NCBI GenBank assembly: GCA_965202805.1
Contig: OZ241869.1
Span: 2,144,001-2,208,000 of the forward strand
Reading direction: 5' to 3'
Origin: Longimicrobiales bacterium
GTDB taxonomy: Bacteria > Gemmatimonadota > Gemmatimonadetes > Longimicrobiales > Gaopeijiaceae
Length of the DNA: 64,000 nt
Part shown: positions 20,807 through 30,166 of the stretch, piece after piece
How positions within the stretch are numbered: position 1 is the first letter of the stretch
Layout of the letters: each line of letters starts with the position of its first letter
Program-made: the position numbers and the translations under genes
Notes under the pieces: model-generated
Seen by the model: only the letters and a program-made list of their open reading frames with translations
What the model was told of the DNA's origin: nothing
Database searches by the model: none

Positions 20807-22567
20807 ATGAGACAGCTTCCGCGCACGATTGCCACCTTGATGCTGACCCTCGTGGTCCTGGCCGCCGCGCCACCGCAGGACTCCCCGGTCGCCGACGCCG
20901 CCATGCGCGGCGATCTGGCGCTGGTGCGCTCGCTCATCAACCAGGGTGCCGACGTCAACGGTGCCCAGGGCGATGGCATGACCGCGCTGCACTGGGCGGC
21001 CGAGAACGGCAGCGCCGCCACGGCCGATCTGCTCCTCAGCGCCGGCGCGAACCTGTCCGCGGTCACCCGGCTCGGTGGCTACACCCCGCTGCACCTGGCC
21101 GCCAAGGCCGGAAGCGCGGAGGTGGTGCGTGTGTTCCTGGAGGCCGGAGCGGACCCGCGCGCGGCCACCACCACCGGGGGCGCCACCGCGCTGCACTTCG
21201 CCGCCGCAGCCGGAAACGGCCACGCCGTAACGGAACTGATCGAGCACGGCGCCGACCCGAACGCGGTGGAATCCGCCTGGGGCCAGACGCCCCTCATGTT
21301 CGCGGCGGCGTCCGACCGCGCCGGAGCCATCCACGCCCTCATGGACGGCGGGGCGGATCCCTCCGCCACCGCCCGCGTGATCGACATCGCGGCGCGCGAC
21401 GGTGAGGACCGGGAAGCACAGCGCCGCCGCGACGAGCGGGTCGCGGCGCTCCAGCAGCTACAGGGCGGAAGCGGTGGCGGTCGCCCGGCCCGGGCACAGC
21501 CCGATCCCACGGTCAGCACCCTCCTGAACCCGGACGAGCCGCCGCCTTCGCTGGCGCGCGACCGCGACCGGACGGTGCCCCAGCCGCTCTCCCACGCAGA
21601 CCTGGTCGGACACTACGGCGGGCTCACCGCGCTGCTGATGGCCGTGCGCGACGGCCGGCGCGCCGCCGCCGAGGCCCTCCTCGACCGCGGCGCCGACATC
21701 GACCGGGTGAGCGCCGGCGACCATACCAGCCCGCTCCTCATGGCCACCCTGAACGGGCACTTCGACCTCGCCGCCGTCCTCTTCGACCGCGGCGCGGATT
21801 TCACCCTGGCGAGCGATGCCGGAGCGACCCCCCTGTACGCGGTACTCAACACCCAGTGGATCCCCAAGTCGCGCCATCCGCAGCCGACCGACTACACCCA
21901 GCAGGAAACCACCTACCTGGATTTGATGGAGGCCTTCCTCGAGGCCGGCGCCAACCCCAACGTGCGCCTCCACAAGACCCTGTGGTACACGGAATTCGGC
22001 CGCAGCTTCCTGAGCGTCGACCGCATGGGCGCAACGCCCTTCTGGCGCGCGGCGTTCGCGCTGGACGTCACGGCGATGAAGCTGCTGGTCGCGCACGGGG
22101 CCGATCCCCACATCCCCACGGTAAACGCCCCCCGGCGCTTCCGCCGCGGCGGCCGCACCGACATGTCCGGACTGCCTCCCGTCCCGATCGGCGGACCGGG
22201 TTCCTGGCCCATCCACGCGGCGTCGGGCATCACCTACGGCGAAGGGTTCGCCGCGAACGTCCACCGGCACGTACCCGAGGCGTGGCTTCCCGCAGTACGC
22301 TATCTGGTTGAGGAACTGGGCGCCGACGTAAACGCCCGCGACCGCAACGGTTACAACGCCGTGCACCACGCCGCCGCCCGCGGAGACAACGAGCTGATCC
22401 TGTACCTGGTCAGCAAGGGCGCCGACGTCACCGCGGTAAGCCGGAGCGGCCAGACCACCGCCGACATGGCCAACGGCCCGGTACAGCGCATCCTGCCCTT
22501 CCCCGAGACGGTCGAACTGCTGGAGTCGCTCGGATCCCACAACAACAACAACTGCGTAGCCTGCTGA
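20807..22567 (+). CDS. Cassette 2 gene C: secreted ankyrin-repeat protein with terminal CxxC
   Basis: Signal peptide, DSPVADAAMRGD, ankyrin repeats, ends NNNNCVAC. Alternative start at 20792. Confidence 0.9.
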   Translation: MRQLPRTIATLMLTLVVLAAAPPQDSPVADAAMRGDLALVRSLINQGADVNGAQGDGMTALHWAAENGSAATADLLLSAGANLSAVTRLGGYTPLHLAAKAGSAEVVRVFLEAGADPRAATTTGGATALHFAAAAGNGHAVTELIEHGADPNAVESAWGQTPLMFAAASDRAGAIHALMDGGADPSATARVIDIAARDGEDREAQRRRDERVAALQQLQGGSGGGRPARAQPDPTVSTLLNPDEPPPSLARDRDRTVPQPLSHADLVGHYGGLTALLMAVRDGRRAAAEALLDRGADIDRVSAGDHTSPLLMATLNGHFDLAAVLFDRGADFTLASDAGATPLYAVLNTQWIPKSRHPQPTDYTQQETTYLDLMEAFLEAGANPNVRLHKTLWYTEFGRSFLSVDRMGATPFWRAAFALDVTAMKLLVAHGADPHIPTVNAPRRFRRGGRTDMSGLPPVPIGGPGSWPIHAASGITYGEGFAANVHRHVPEAWLPAVRYLVEELGADVNARDRNGYNAVHHAAARGDNELILYLVSKGADVTAVSRSGQTTADMANGPVQRILPFPETVELLESLGSHNNNNCVAC

Positions 22568-22619
22568 CCCCGGGGGGCCTCACTGGAGGCTCTCGGACAA
22601 CGGCAGAAGGAGCAATTGA

Positions 22620-23129
22620 ATGAGTGAAGCCACGTTTGTCCTGCGCCCGTGCCTCAAGCTCGCGGCTCTGTCCGTGTTTCTCCTCGCCGCCGGAGGGTGC
22701 TTCTCCTATTCGACGGTGCCGCTGGAGACGATCGCCCCCGACCAGCAGGCGCGCCTGGTCCTCGACCAGGATGCCTTCGGACGTGTGATGAACCAGGCCG
22801 CAGTCGAGGGCTTCCCGGTCCAGATGATGAACCTGTCGGGCAACCGCATCAGCGGCCGGGTGGCGGGCGTCTCCTCCGACGCGCTCACCATCCAGTTGCG
22901 CGGCGCCGGCTCTTCGGTGCTGACGACCCAGGTCGCAACCCGGTCGATTCAAGAGGCCGCACTTCGTCAGTTCGACAGCAGAAACACAGTCCTCACCATT
23001 GGTGCGGGCCTAGGTGCTGCCGCCCTGATGATCCAGGGAGGCGTGATCCCGGCAGGTGGTACGGAAAGCCCGGATGACAATCCGGAGAACATGGTCGGCC
23101 TGCGCCTTTTTTCCATCTCCGTGCCCTGA
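22620..23129 (+). CDS. Hypothetical lipoprotein (resembles 12043-12522)
   Basis: AAGGAG RBS; lipobox-like AGGC-FSY; C-terminal hydrophobic GAGLGAAAL segment. Confidence 0.72.
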   Translation: MSEATFVLRPCLKLAALSVFLLAAGGCFSYSTVPLETIAPDQQARLVLDQDAFGRVMNQAAVEGFPVQMMNLSGNRISGRVAGVSSDALTIQLRGAGSSVLTTQVATRSIQEAALRQFDSRNTVLTIGAGLGAAALMIQGGVIPAGGTESPDDNPENMVGLRLFSISVP

Positions 23130-23366
23130 CGGCGAACCGCGGTCCGGCCACGAGGCGTCGTTTCTCGCCGGTCGCGCCGCCCGACGAAACGGTCACCCCT
23201 TGCGCGTCACACGAGAGGGCTTCATTCTGATCGGGTTGCACCCGGTAACCGGGCAGGGCTGTGTGCGCTTTTCAGACACGGGCTCATGCGCTGGCCCGGT
23301 CCCGGAGGGGGCGGAGGGGATTGTAAACCGGTGGCAGGAACGCCACCCCAGAGGAAGGAGAGTGTT

Positions 23367-26300
23367 ATGCGAGTCATCCGGCTACTAACCCTTACTCTGC
23401 TGCTCGGGGCCACGTCGTGGTCGTTCGCGGAGGCTCAGGTGCCCGCGAACAGCGATGTTGGCGCCCAAGCGGTGGACAGGGCCGCCAGATCCCTTGGCGA
23501 CGCCCTGGGAATCCGCGTCACGGAGGCGACTCCGATCGTGGGTTCGCTGACCGGACTGGTGACCGACGCCGGCTCCGGTCGTCCTTTGTCCGCTGCCCAG
23601 GTGTTCATTGAGGGCACCGGCCTCGGCGGTCTTACCAACGCTTCGGGACGGTACCTCATCATCAACGTCCCGGCGGGCACCCACACCCTGCGCGTCGAGT
23701 TGATCGGCTACACCGCATCGTCGCAGGAAGTGACCGTGGCCGACGATCAGGCGACGACGGCCGACTTCGGGCTGAACGAAGAGGTCATCGACTTCGATGA
23801 GATCGTCGTCACCGGGACCGCGGGCCAGGCCCGCCGCCGCGAGGTCGGCAATGCGATCGAGCAGATCAACATCGCCGAGGTCGCCGAGCCCGTGAACGAT
23901 GTCGGTCAGCTCCTGCAGGCTCGTGTGTCGGGCGCGCGGATTCAGTTCAGTTCCGGGAACTCCGGTTCCGGCGCCGACATCCGACTTCGCGGCAACGTGA
24001 GCACCGCGCTCAGCAACCAGCCCCTCATCTACATCGACGGGATGCGCGCCAAGAGCGAGCCGACTTCGAGCCAGAACGGCGCTGAGGACCCCTACAGCCC
24101 TCTGAACGATCTGAACCCCGACGACATCGATCGCATCGAGGTCATCAAGGGGCCTGCAGCCACGACCCTCTACGGCACCGAGGCCGCAGCTGGCGTGATC
24201 CAGATCTTCACCAAGCAGGGCGGTCAGGGCGCTCCGCAGTGGACCGGAGAAGTGCAGCAGGGCTTTTCCTACTTCCGCCCCTTCGCCACCGACGAAGTGC
24301 CCTACCTTTGGCTGGACCAGGTCTTCCGCAAGGGGCACCGGCAGCGCTACTCCATGCAGGTACGGGGAGGCACGGGTGATGTCGGCTACTTCGTGTCCGC
24401 AGCCTGGAACGACAACGTCGGTGCCGTTGAAACCGATGGCGAGACCAAGATGAACCTTCGTGCGAACACGACGTTCCGCCCGCACGAGGACGTGCTCATC
24501 CAGTTCAACAACACGCTGGCGCGCACGGATCTGCAGCAGGCCCAGATGGGCAATTCCGTCACTTCGATCATGATGACCGCCATCCGCGGCCCCCGGAACT
24601 ACATGGCTGGCCTTCGCGACCAGGAGACACTCCGCCTCCTCCTCACGGAGTCCTACAAGAACCAGATTACGCGCGCGGTCACCGGGTTGACGGTCAACTA
24701 CACCCCGGGCTCCGACTTCACGCACCGGCTGACCCTCGGATACGACTACTCCCAGGACGACCACTTCAACGATCAGCAGCACTGCTGGCTCTGTCCCATC
24801 GGGATCATGAGCGACTTCTCCGACTACATTCAGGGCGGAGAGCAGCGGCGGAGCATGTCGCAGAACACGGTCGTAAGCTTCGACTATATCGGAACTTGGG
24901 GCTTCAACCTCACGGACAACATTCGCAGCACGCTGTCGTTCGGCGCGCAGGGCGTCGAGAACGAGATCGAGAACACCGAGAACGTGGTCCGCCATTACCC
25001 GGGTCCGGGAGACTTCACGCTTTCGATCGGCGCGACACGCCAGAGCATCAGTCAGAATCGACTGCGCATCATCACCGGCGGTTTCTTCCTGCAGGACCAG
25101 ATCGGGATCAGCGACAAGTACTTCTTGACCCTCGGTGCCCGTGTCGACGGGAACAGCGCTTTCGGTGAGCAGGTCGGCTTCGCGCTCTTCGGCGACGACT
25201 TCCGCTTCGATGTCTATCCAAAGGTCAGCGCCTCCTACGTCGTCTCCGACGAGGGCTTCTGGCCCGAGGCCTTAGGCCAGGTGAAGTTCCGCGGCGCCTA
25301 CGGCCTCGCAGGCCGGGCGCCCGGCGCCTTCGACAAGGTACGCACCTGGAGCGCCATCGGTTACGGTACGGGCGGAGCGCAGGCCTACTGGCCCTCGCGC
25401 CCCGGCAACGACGCACTCGGGCCCGAGCGCACCACCGAGTACGAGTTCGGAATGGACGGTGCCTGGCTCAACGGCCGCTTCAGCGCCGAGGTCACCTACT
25501 ATCACCAGACCACCTCCGACGCCCTCTTCAACGTCGCCTCGCCCGACAGCGAGGGGAACTGGTCCTCACAGCTCACCAACGTCGGCAAGCTGCAGAACAA
25601 GGGTTACGAGATCATGACCAACACGACCGTGCTCGACACGCGTTCGTTCCGTTGGGATCTCGGCCTCGGTCTCGCCACCAACTTCAGCGAGACGCTTGAT
25701 CTCGGCGGCGCCGCCCCGTTCGGCGTCGGCGAGTACGGATGGGTGATCGAGGGCCATCCGGTGCCCGTGCTGAACGCCTACCGGGTCATGAACCACAACG
25801 AATTGGCCGATCCGATCTTCTCCGATGGACGCGTCCCCTACGGCCCGACCAACCCGCCGTACATGTATACGGGAAGCATGTCCTTCGACCTGCCGGGCGG
25901 TATCAGCCTGTCCGCGCGCGGGGAGTACCTCCGCGGAGGCTGGATCTCCAACTACTTCGAGGCAGGTGCCACCGGGCGCACCATCGCCCACCCCAAGTGC
26001 TACGACGCCTACCGCAAGGTCGACGCGAACTGGCAGCCGGGCGAGCTCGGCTCCGAGCCCGGACCCACGTGGCCGGGCAGCCGTCCTGCGGACATGTACG
26101 CCTGGGAAGCTGCGCAGTGCTTCGGCATGCGGCGGTATGACTACGCCAACTCCGAGTCCGACTTCGCAGAACTCCGCGACGTGACGCTGGCGATTCCGAT
26201 CTCGAGCCTGCTGCCCAGCTTGACCGGGTGGGCGAGCCGGGCCGACCTGACGATCTCCGGCCGTAACGTGGCCTTCTGGACCCACAAGAACCTGATTACG

Positions 26301-26438
26301 GGCCACCCGGAGCAGAACGAGAACAGCCCCTGGACCCAGGGTGGAACCGGCGAGTTCCGGCACGACCTGGTCAAGGGCATCGACGAGACGCTCCCGCCGG
26401 TTTCCTACTTCACTGTTTCGCTTCGGGCGATCTTCTGA
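23367..26438 (+). CDS. SusC/RagA-like TonB-dependent transporter
   Basis: AAGGAG RBS; signal peptide; FDEIVVTG; LNDLNPDDIDRIEVIKGPAATTLYGTEAAAGVIQIFTK; C-terminal Phe. Confidence 0.9.
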   Translation: MRVIRLLTLTLLLGATSWSFAEAQVPANSDVGAQAVDRAARSLGDALGIRVTEATPIVGSLTGLVTDAGSGRPLSAAQVFIEGTGLGGLTNASGRYLIINVPAGTHTLRVELIGYTASSQEVTVADDQATTADFGLNEEVIDFDEIVVTGTAGQARRREVGNAIEQINIAEVAEPVNDVGQLLQARVSGARIQFSSGNSGSGADIRLRGNVSTALSNQPLIYIDGMRAKSEPTSSQNGAEDPYSPLNDLNPDDIDRIEVIKGPAATTLYGTEAAAGVIQIFTKQGGQGAPQWTGEVQQGFSYFRPFATDEVPYLWLDQVFRKGHRQRYSMQVRGGTGDVGYFVSAAWNDNVGAVETDGETKMNLRANTTFRPHEDVLIQFNNTLARTDLQQAQMGNSVTSIMMTAIRGPRNYMAGLRDQETLRLLLTESYKNQITRAVTGLTVNYTPGSDFTHRLTLGYDYSQDDHFNDQQHCWLCPIGIMSDFSDYIQGGEQRRSMSQNTVVSFDYIGTWGFNLTDNIRSTLSFGAQGVENEIENTENVVRHYPGPGDFTLSIGATRQSISQNRLRIITGGFFLQDQIGISDKYFLTLGARVDGNSAFGEQVGFALFGDDFRFDVYPKVSASYVVSDEGFWPEALGQVKFRGAYGLAGRAPGAFDKVRTWSAIGYGTGGAQAYWPSRPGNDALGPERTTEYEFGMDGAWLNGRFSAEVTYYHQTTSDALFNVASPDSEGNWSSQLTNVGKLQNKGYEIMTNTTVLDTRSFRWDLGLGLATNFSETLDLGGAAPFGVGEYGWVIEGHPVPVLNAYRVMNHNELADPIFSDGRVPYGPTNPPYMYTGSMSFDLPGGISLSARGEYLRGGWISNYFEAGATGRTIAHPKCYDAYRKVDANWQPGELGSEPGPTWPGSRPADMYAWEAAQCFGMRRYDYANSESDFAELRDVTLAIPISSLLPSLTGWASRADLTISGRNVAFWTHKNLITGHPEQNENSPWTQGGTGEFRHDLVKGIDETLPPVSYFTVSLRAIF

Positions 26439-26446
26439 TCGTCCAT

Positions 26447-26498
26447 CCCCGAGGTCCCAACCGCCGCCGGAACCGGAGGCGGTTGGGGGGCCTCGGGG
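26447..26498 (+). promoter_or_regulatory. Long GC-rich stem-loop between susC and susD (possible mRNA stability or processing element)
   Basis: Nested inverted repeats CCCCGAGG/CCTCGGGG, CCCAACCGCC/GGCGGTTGGG and CCGG/CCGG; no U-tract. Confidence 0.55.
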
Positions 26499-26553
26499 CT
26501 GAACGAGACGGTTTGCAAGTTACGGATACCGAAAGGCAAGGAGGATAAGAAGA

Positions 26554-28254
26554 ATGATTTTGAGACGACTTACGAAGAAGGTCATGACCTTCGGCGCCTT
26601 TGCCGCGGTCGGCGTTTTCTCCGCTTGCGATCTGGCGGTTACCAACCCCGGTCCGGTCCAGGACGCGACCCTTAACCTGGAGGGGGCATACCAGGGAATC
26701 GTGAACGGCGCAATCCGCGGCGTTCAGGAAGGATTCGGCACCTACGCGCTGCTTGGCGGCGCCATCACCCATGATATCCATGCCAGCGGCCACACCGGCT
26801 CGGCGGGCGTACGCCCCGAGGAGGAAGTGGCCTGGTTGAACGACAACTATGACGGACGCGGAGGCTGGGGTCGCCTCCAGCGTGCACGTTGGGTTGCGGA
26901 GGAGGCTGTCCGCCGGTTTACGCGGGAGGATAGCGGAATCAGTAATCCCGGCTCCTACCCACCTCTCGCACAGGCTCATTTCTGGGGCGGGCTCGCCAGC
27001 CGCTACTTGGGCGAGAACGCTTGCACCGCCATTTTCGACGGTGGCTCGCCCGAGCCCAAGCTCGCATACTTCGATCGGGCCATCTCGGCGTTTGACAACG
27101 CGGTCACCGTCGGCCAGTCCGCCGGGATGAGCGATCTGGTGACGGCGGCCATCGGCGCCCGAGCGGCGGCCAAGCTCTTCAAGGGCGACTATGCCGGCGC
27201 CGGCGCCGACGCCGGGCAGGTTCCGTTCGACTTCGAGTTCCTGACCACCTATTCGGGCTTTGGCGGCGAGTACTACTACGTCTACGGGCACGTGGAAAGC
27301 CTGGGATTCCAGTCGCTCTCGTTCTGGGGCACGCCTGCGGGTGAGCACTTCCTGCTGACGGGCGACTCGCGTGTCGCATGGGGGTATGACAACGGCTCTC
27401 GCGAGGTCCCGGCGGGCAAGCCGGCCGCGGTTCGCGGACAAACCCATCCGGCCCGTCCCACCTGGGTGTCGCTGGTACCCATGTTCTATCCGCTCAAGGG
27501 CATCGCTCCCCGCGATCCGCAGCGGGAATTCCTCTTCTTCGAGCCCGACCGCGCGCAGCAGCGGGAGCAGCTGCAGATCCAGCTGGTGGACGGACGTGAG
27601 ATGGAACTGGTCAAGGCGGAGGTCGAACTCCGCAACGGCAACTGGCAGGCGGCCATGGCGCACATCAACAACGTGCGCACCGCCACGCCGGTCTATCCGA
27701 TCGACATGACCGACCAGAGCAAGTTCGACCTGAGACTGCACCCGGACGAGCAGAAGGACTGGGACGCTAACCCTGACCTGGCCGCATATTTCGACCAGTT
27801 CAGCTATGAGCTACAGGACTTCAGCGAAGGCGCCGACATGACCCCGATGGGGAACATGATGCTGGGCGACCGCATGATGGAACCCGTCCACGCGATGAGT
27901 GCCGAGGAAGCCTGGACGTACCTTAAGTTCGAGCGCTACGTCGAACTCAGCATGGAAGGACGCCGCTTCGGCGATCGCTGGCGCTGGCGCTCCAACCCTG
28001 AGCCCATCGCGCCCTCGTCGGGGCCCGGCGGAGAACTCACTCCGGGCAAGTACAATCACCTCGAGTTCATTCCAACGGCGCTGGCCCAGCGCTACAGCGT
28101 GCCGGAAGATCCGCTCATGATGTGCTTCCCGCTGCCCGTGGGAGAGAACGACACCAACCACAACATCGAAGAGTCCTACATGGACTGGATCGAATCGACC
28201 GGATATCGGGCGGTAGATCCGTCGCTGGTCGACATGCGCATGGGCGGCATGTAG
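26554..28254 (+). CDS. SusD/RagB-like lipoprotein
   Basis: GGAGG RBS; lipobox FSAC then DLAVTNPG; REMELVKAE; FERYVELSMEGRRFGDRWRW. Confidence 0.87.
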   Translation: MILRRLTKKVMTFGAFAAVGVFSACDLAVTNPGPVQDATLNLEGAYQGIVNGAIRGVQEGFGTYALLGGAITHDIHASGHTGSAGVRPEEEVAWLNDNYDGRGGWGRLQRARWVAEEAVRRFTREDSGISNPGSYPPLAQAHFWGGLASRYLGENACTAIFDGGSPEPKLAYFDRAISAFDNAVTVGQSAGMSDLVTAAIGARAAAKLFKGDYAGAGADAGQVPFDFEFLTTYSGFGGEYYYVYGHVESLGFQSLSFWGTPAGEHFLLTGDSRVAWGYDNGSREVPAGKPAAVRGQTHPARPTWVSLVPMFYPLKGIAPRDPQREFLFFEPDRAQQREQLQIQLVDGREMELVKAEVELRNGNWQAAMAHINNVRTATPVYPIDMTDQSKFDLRLHPDEQKDWDANPDLAAYFDQFSYELQDFSEGADMTPMGNMMLGDRMMEPVHAMSAEEAWTYLKFERYVELSMEGRRFGDRWRWRSNPEPIAPSSGPGGELTPGKYNHLEFIPTALAQRYSVPEDPLMMCFPLPVGENDTNHNIEESYMDWIESTGYRAVDPSLVDMRMGGM

Positions 28255-28284
28255 CACCCGCCAACCAGACCGCAATGTTGGACT

Positions 28285-28321
28285 TCGTGGGGGGGCCGGT
28301 CCGGCCCCCCCACGAGCTTTT
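28285..28321 (+). terminator. Rho-independent terminator after the second susD
   Basis: TCGTGGGGGGGCCGG / CCGGCCCCCCCACGA inverted repeat followed by GCTTTT. Confidence 0.75.
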
Positions 28322-28333
28322 CAGGGACCTGCC

Positions 28334-28789
28334 GTGAGCCGATCTCCGATGCGTCCGAGAGCTGCCAGGAAGCAAGGAGCACGCTGGCTGGCAGCAGGAC
28401 TGCTCGCGACCCTCGGGTGCGGAGACAGCACGATCCACTCCGCCGAACTACCGGAGGTACCCGGACTCCTTCGCGAGGTCATACCACCCGAAGGCTTCGA
28501 AGGACCCCTGCAACACGCCATCGTCATCGGGTTCGCGGGACAGCTCACGCGCTCCGGGTTTGCGCTCGGCCATCTGCCCCCGGAGGCCGGAGACGAGAGC
28601 CGGGCCTCCCTGCTCTGGATCGGTTGCTACATCCGTGAGAACACCGAAGACACCTACAGGATGATCGCGCGGGTCGAGGGATCCCTCTTCCCCTGCGGAG
28701 TCGTGCCCCACGACGACCACCTGGACGTGGTCATCGAGTCCCAGAGAACCCCCTCGTGGAGGGCGCTGGTCGTGGTGAACGTGCCCTGA
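28334..28789 (+). CDS. Hypothetical protein, possible lipoprotein
   Basis: Hydrophobic stretch ending ATLGC; plausible globular composition. Start uncertain (GTG 28334 or ATG 28349). Confidence 0.55.
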   Translation: MSRSPMRPRAARKQGARWLAAGLLATLGCGDSTIHSAELPEVPGLLREVIPPEGFEGPLQHAIVIGFAGQLTRSGFALGHLPPEAGDESRASLLWIGCYIRENTEDTYRMIARVEGSLFPCGVVPHDDHLDVVIESQRTPSWRALVVVNVP

Positions 28790-28921
28790 CCTCGCGGCCC
28801 CCCACTCAGGCGGGATTCACCGTATCGGCAAGCTGACCGACCCGGCCGAGGCCGCACGAAACGAACTACTGCTCCAACGGGTATCATTCCTCTTGGCTCG
28901 AAATACGCAGGAGGGTAACCC

Positions 28922-29650
28922 GTGAAACATCTATCAATTCAGCTTCTCGCGGCCGCGTTGAGCTTGGCCGCGGCAACGTCGCCGGCGCAGACTCAGGATG
29001 CCGGCTCCATAGTGGGCGGGGTGGTGGACAACGTCACCTTGGACCCCATTCTGGGGGCTACGGTCACGGTGGTGAGTCACGAACTCTCGGATATCACCAA
29101 CGAGGACGGTCACTTCTCCCTGCACGACGTGCCCCCCGGCAACATCTCCGTCAGGGTGGAACAGCTCGGCTACATCGCCATCGTGGGCGAGGTGGAAGTC
29201 CGGGCGAACGACGTGACCTTCGTGCAGTTTCCGCTTTCTCCCATGGCCTTCCTGCTGGACGAGCTGCGCGTCGTCGCAGACCGGACCGAGGTCGAAGTGC
29301 AGGACGGCGGGATTTACACCGAGATCATTCCCGACGACTCGGATTCGGCCCGTAACGCCCTCGAGCTTCTCGTCACACGGGTGCCCTCGCTGAGGGTACA
29401 GACGGATGCCATGGGCGGCACCACGCGGAGCGAGATACGCATTCGCGGAAACGCCTCCGTCTCGCAGAGCAACATGCCGTCGATCTACATCGACGGGGCG
29501 AGAGCGGACATCGTGTACCTGGAGGACCTTTCCGCGACCGAAGTGCGCAGGATTCGCGTGGTGCGCGGTCCCTCCGCCGCGTCGCTCTACCCCGACGCGG
29601 CCAACGGCGTCATCATCGTCGAGACGTGGCGGTCTCGCGGTGGAACCTGA
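28922..29650 (+). CDS. Secreted carboxypeptidase-regulatory-like domain plus TonB plug domain, no barrel
   Basis: GGAGAGG RBS; signal peptide; LDELRVVA; IRIRGNAS...IYIDG...RVVRGPSAASLY..AANGVIIVET, then stop. Confidence 0.8.
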   Translation: MKHLSIQLLAAALSLAAATSPAQTQDAGSIVGGVVDNVTLDPILGATVTVVSHELSDITNEDGHFSLHDVPPGNISVRVEQLGYIAIVGEVEVRANDVTFVQFPLSPMAFLLDELRVVADRTEVEVQDGGIYTEIIPDDSDSARNALELLVTRVPSLRVQTDAMGGTTRSEIRIRGNASVSQSNMPSIYIDGARADIVYLEDLSATEVRRIRVVRGPSAASLYPDAANGVIIVETWRSRGGT

Positions 29651-29836
29651 GAGCGGATTCCCAAAGCGATCCGCCCGGTCACCCGTACGCTCCACACGCG
29701 ATGACCAGGTTCCGAAGTCCCAATCACACATGGACGCGCCCGCCGATCCGGCTTATGCTTCCATGTGGCGCGGGACCGGTCCGGGCAAGGGACTTTACCC
29801 GTCGGCCGGCGCGTACTTCCACGAGGTGGTCAGGCC

Positions 29837-30091
29837 GTGAGCGAAAGCACCAGGAACTGGATTCTCAAGGAAGTGCTGCCGCTCGTGGTTGTGGTGGGTG
29901 GGTCCGTGGGCGCGTCGGTTCTCTGGATAACCAATGACCTCGCCGACGTCCGGTCGGAGTTCTCGGAGGACATCGCCGACGTGCGGGAGCGGATCGCGTC
30001 TGTCGAGGGAAAGCTGGATCTGTTGATCTCCGGCCTGGACATCCAGGTCAAGGTGGCCGCCGTGCCGGATCAACCGACCAGTTCCCGGTAG
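29837..30091 (+). CDS. Small single-TM coiled-coil protein
   Basis: GAGGTGG RBS before GTG; TM segment LPLVVVVGGSVGASVLWI; heptad-like LADVRSEFSEDIADVRERIASVEGKLD. Confidence 0.6.
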   Translation: MSESTRNWILKEVLPLVVVVGGSVGASVLWITNDLADVRSEFSEDIADVRERIASVEGKLDLLISGLDIQVKVAAVPDQPTSSR

Positions 30092-30166
30092 TAGGGCAGC
30101 CTTCGCCCGACCAGCCCCGCGCGACCGCCTGGCGGATCTGGTCGCTCGCGTCCATGTCGCGGATCA

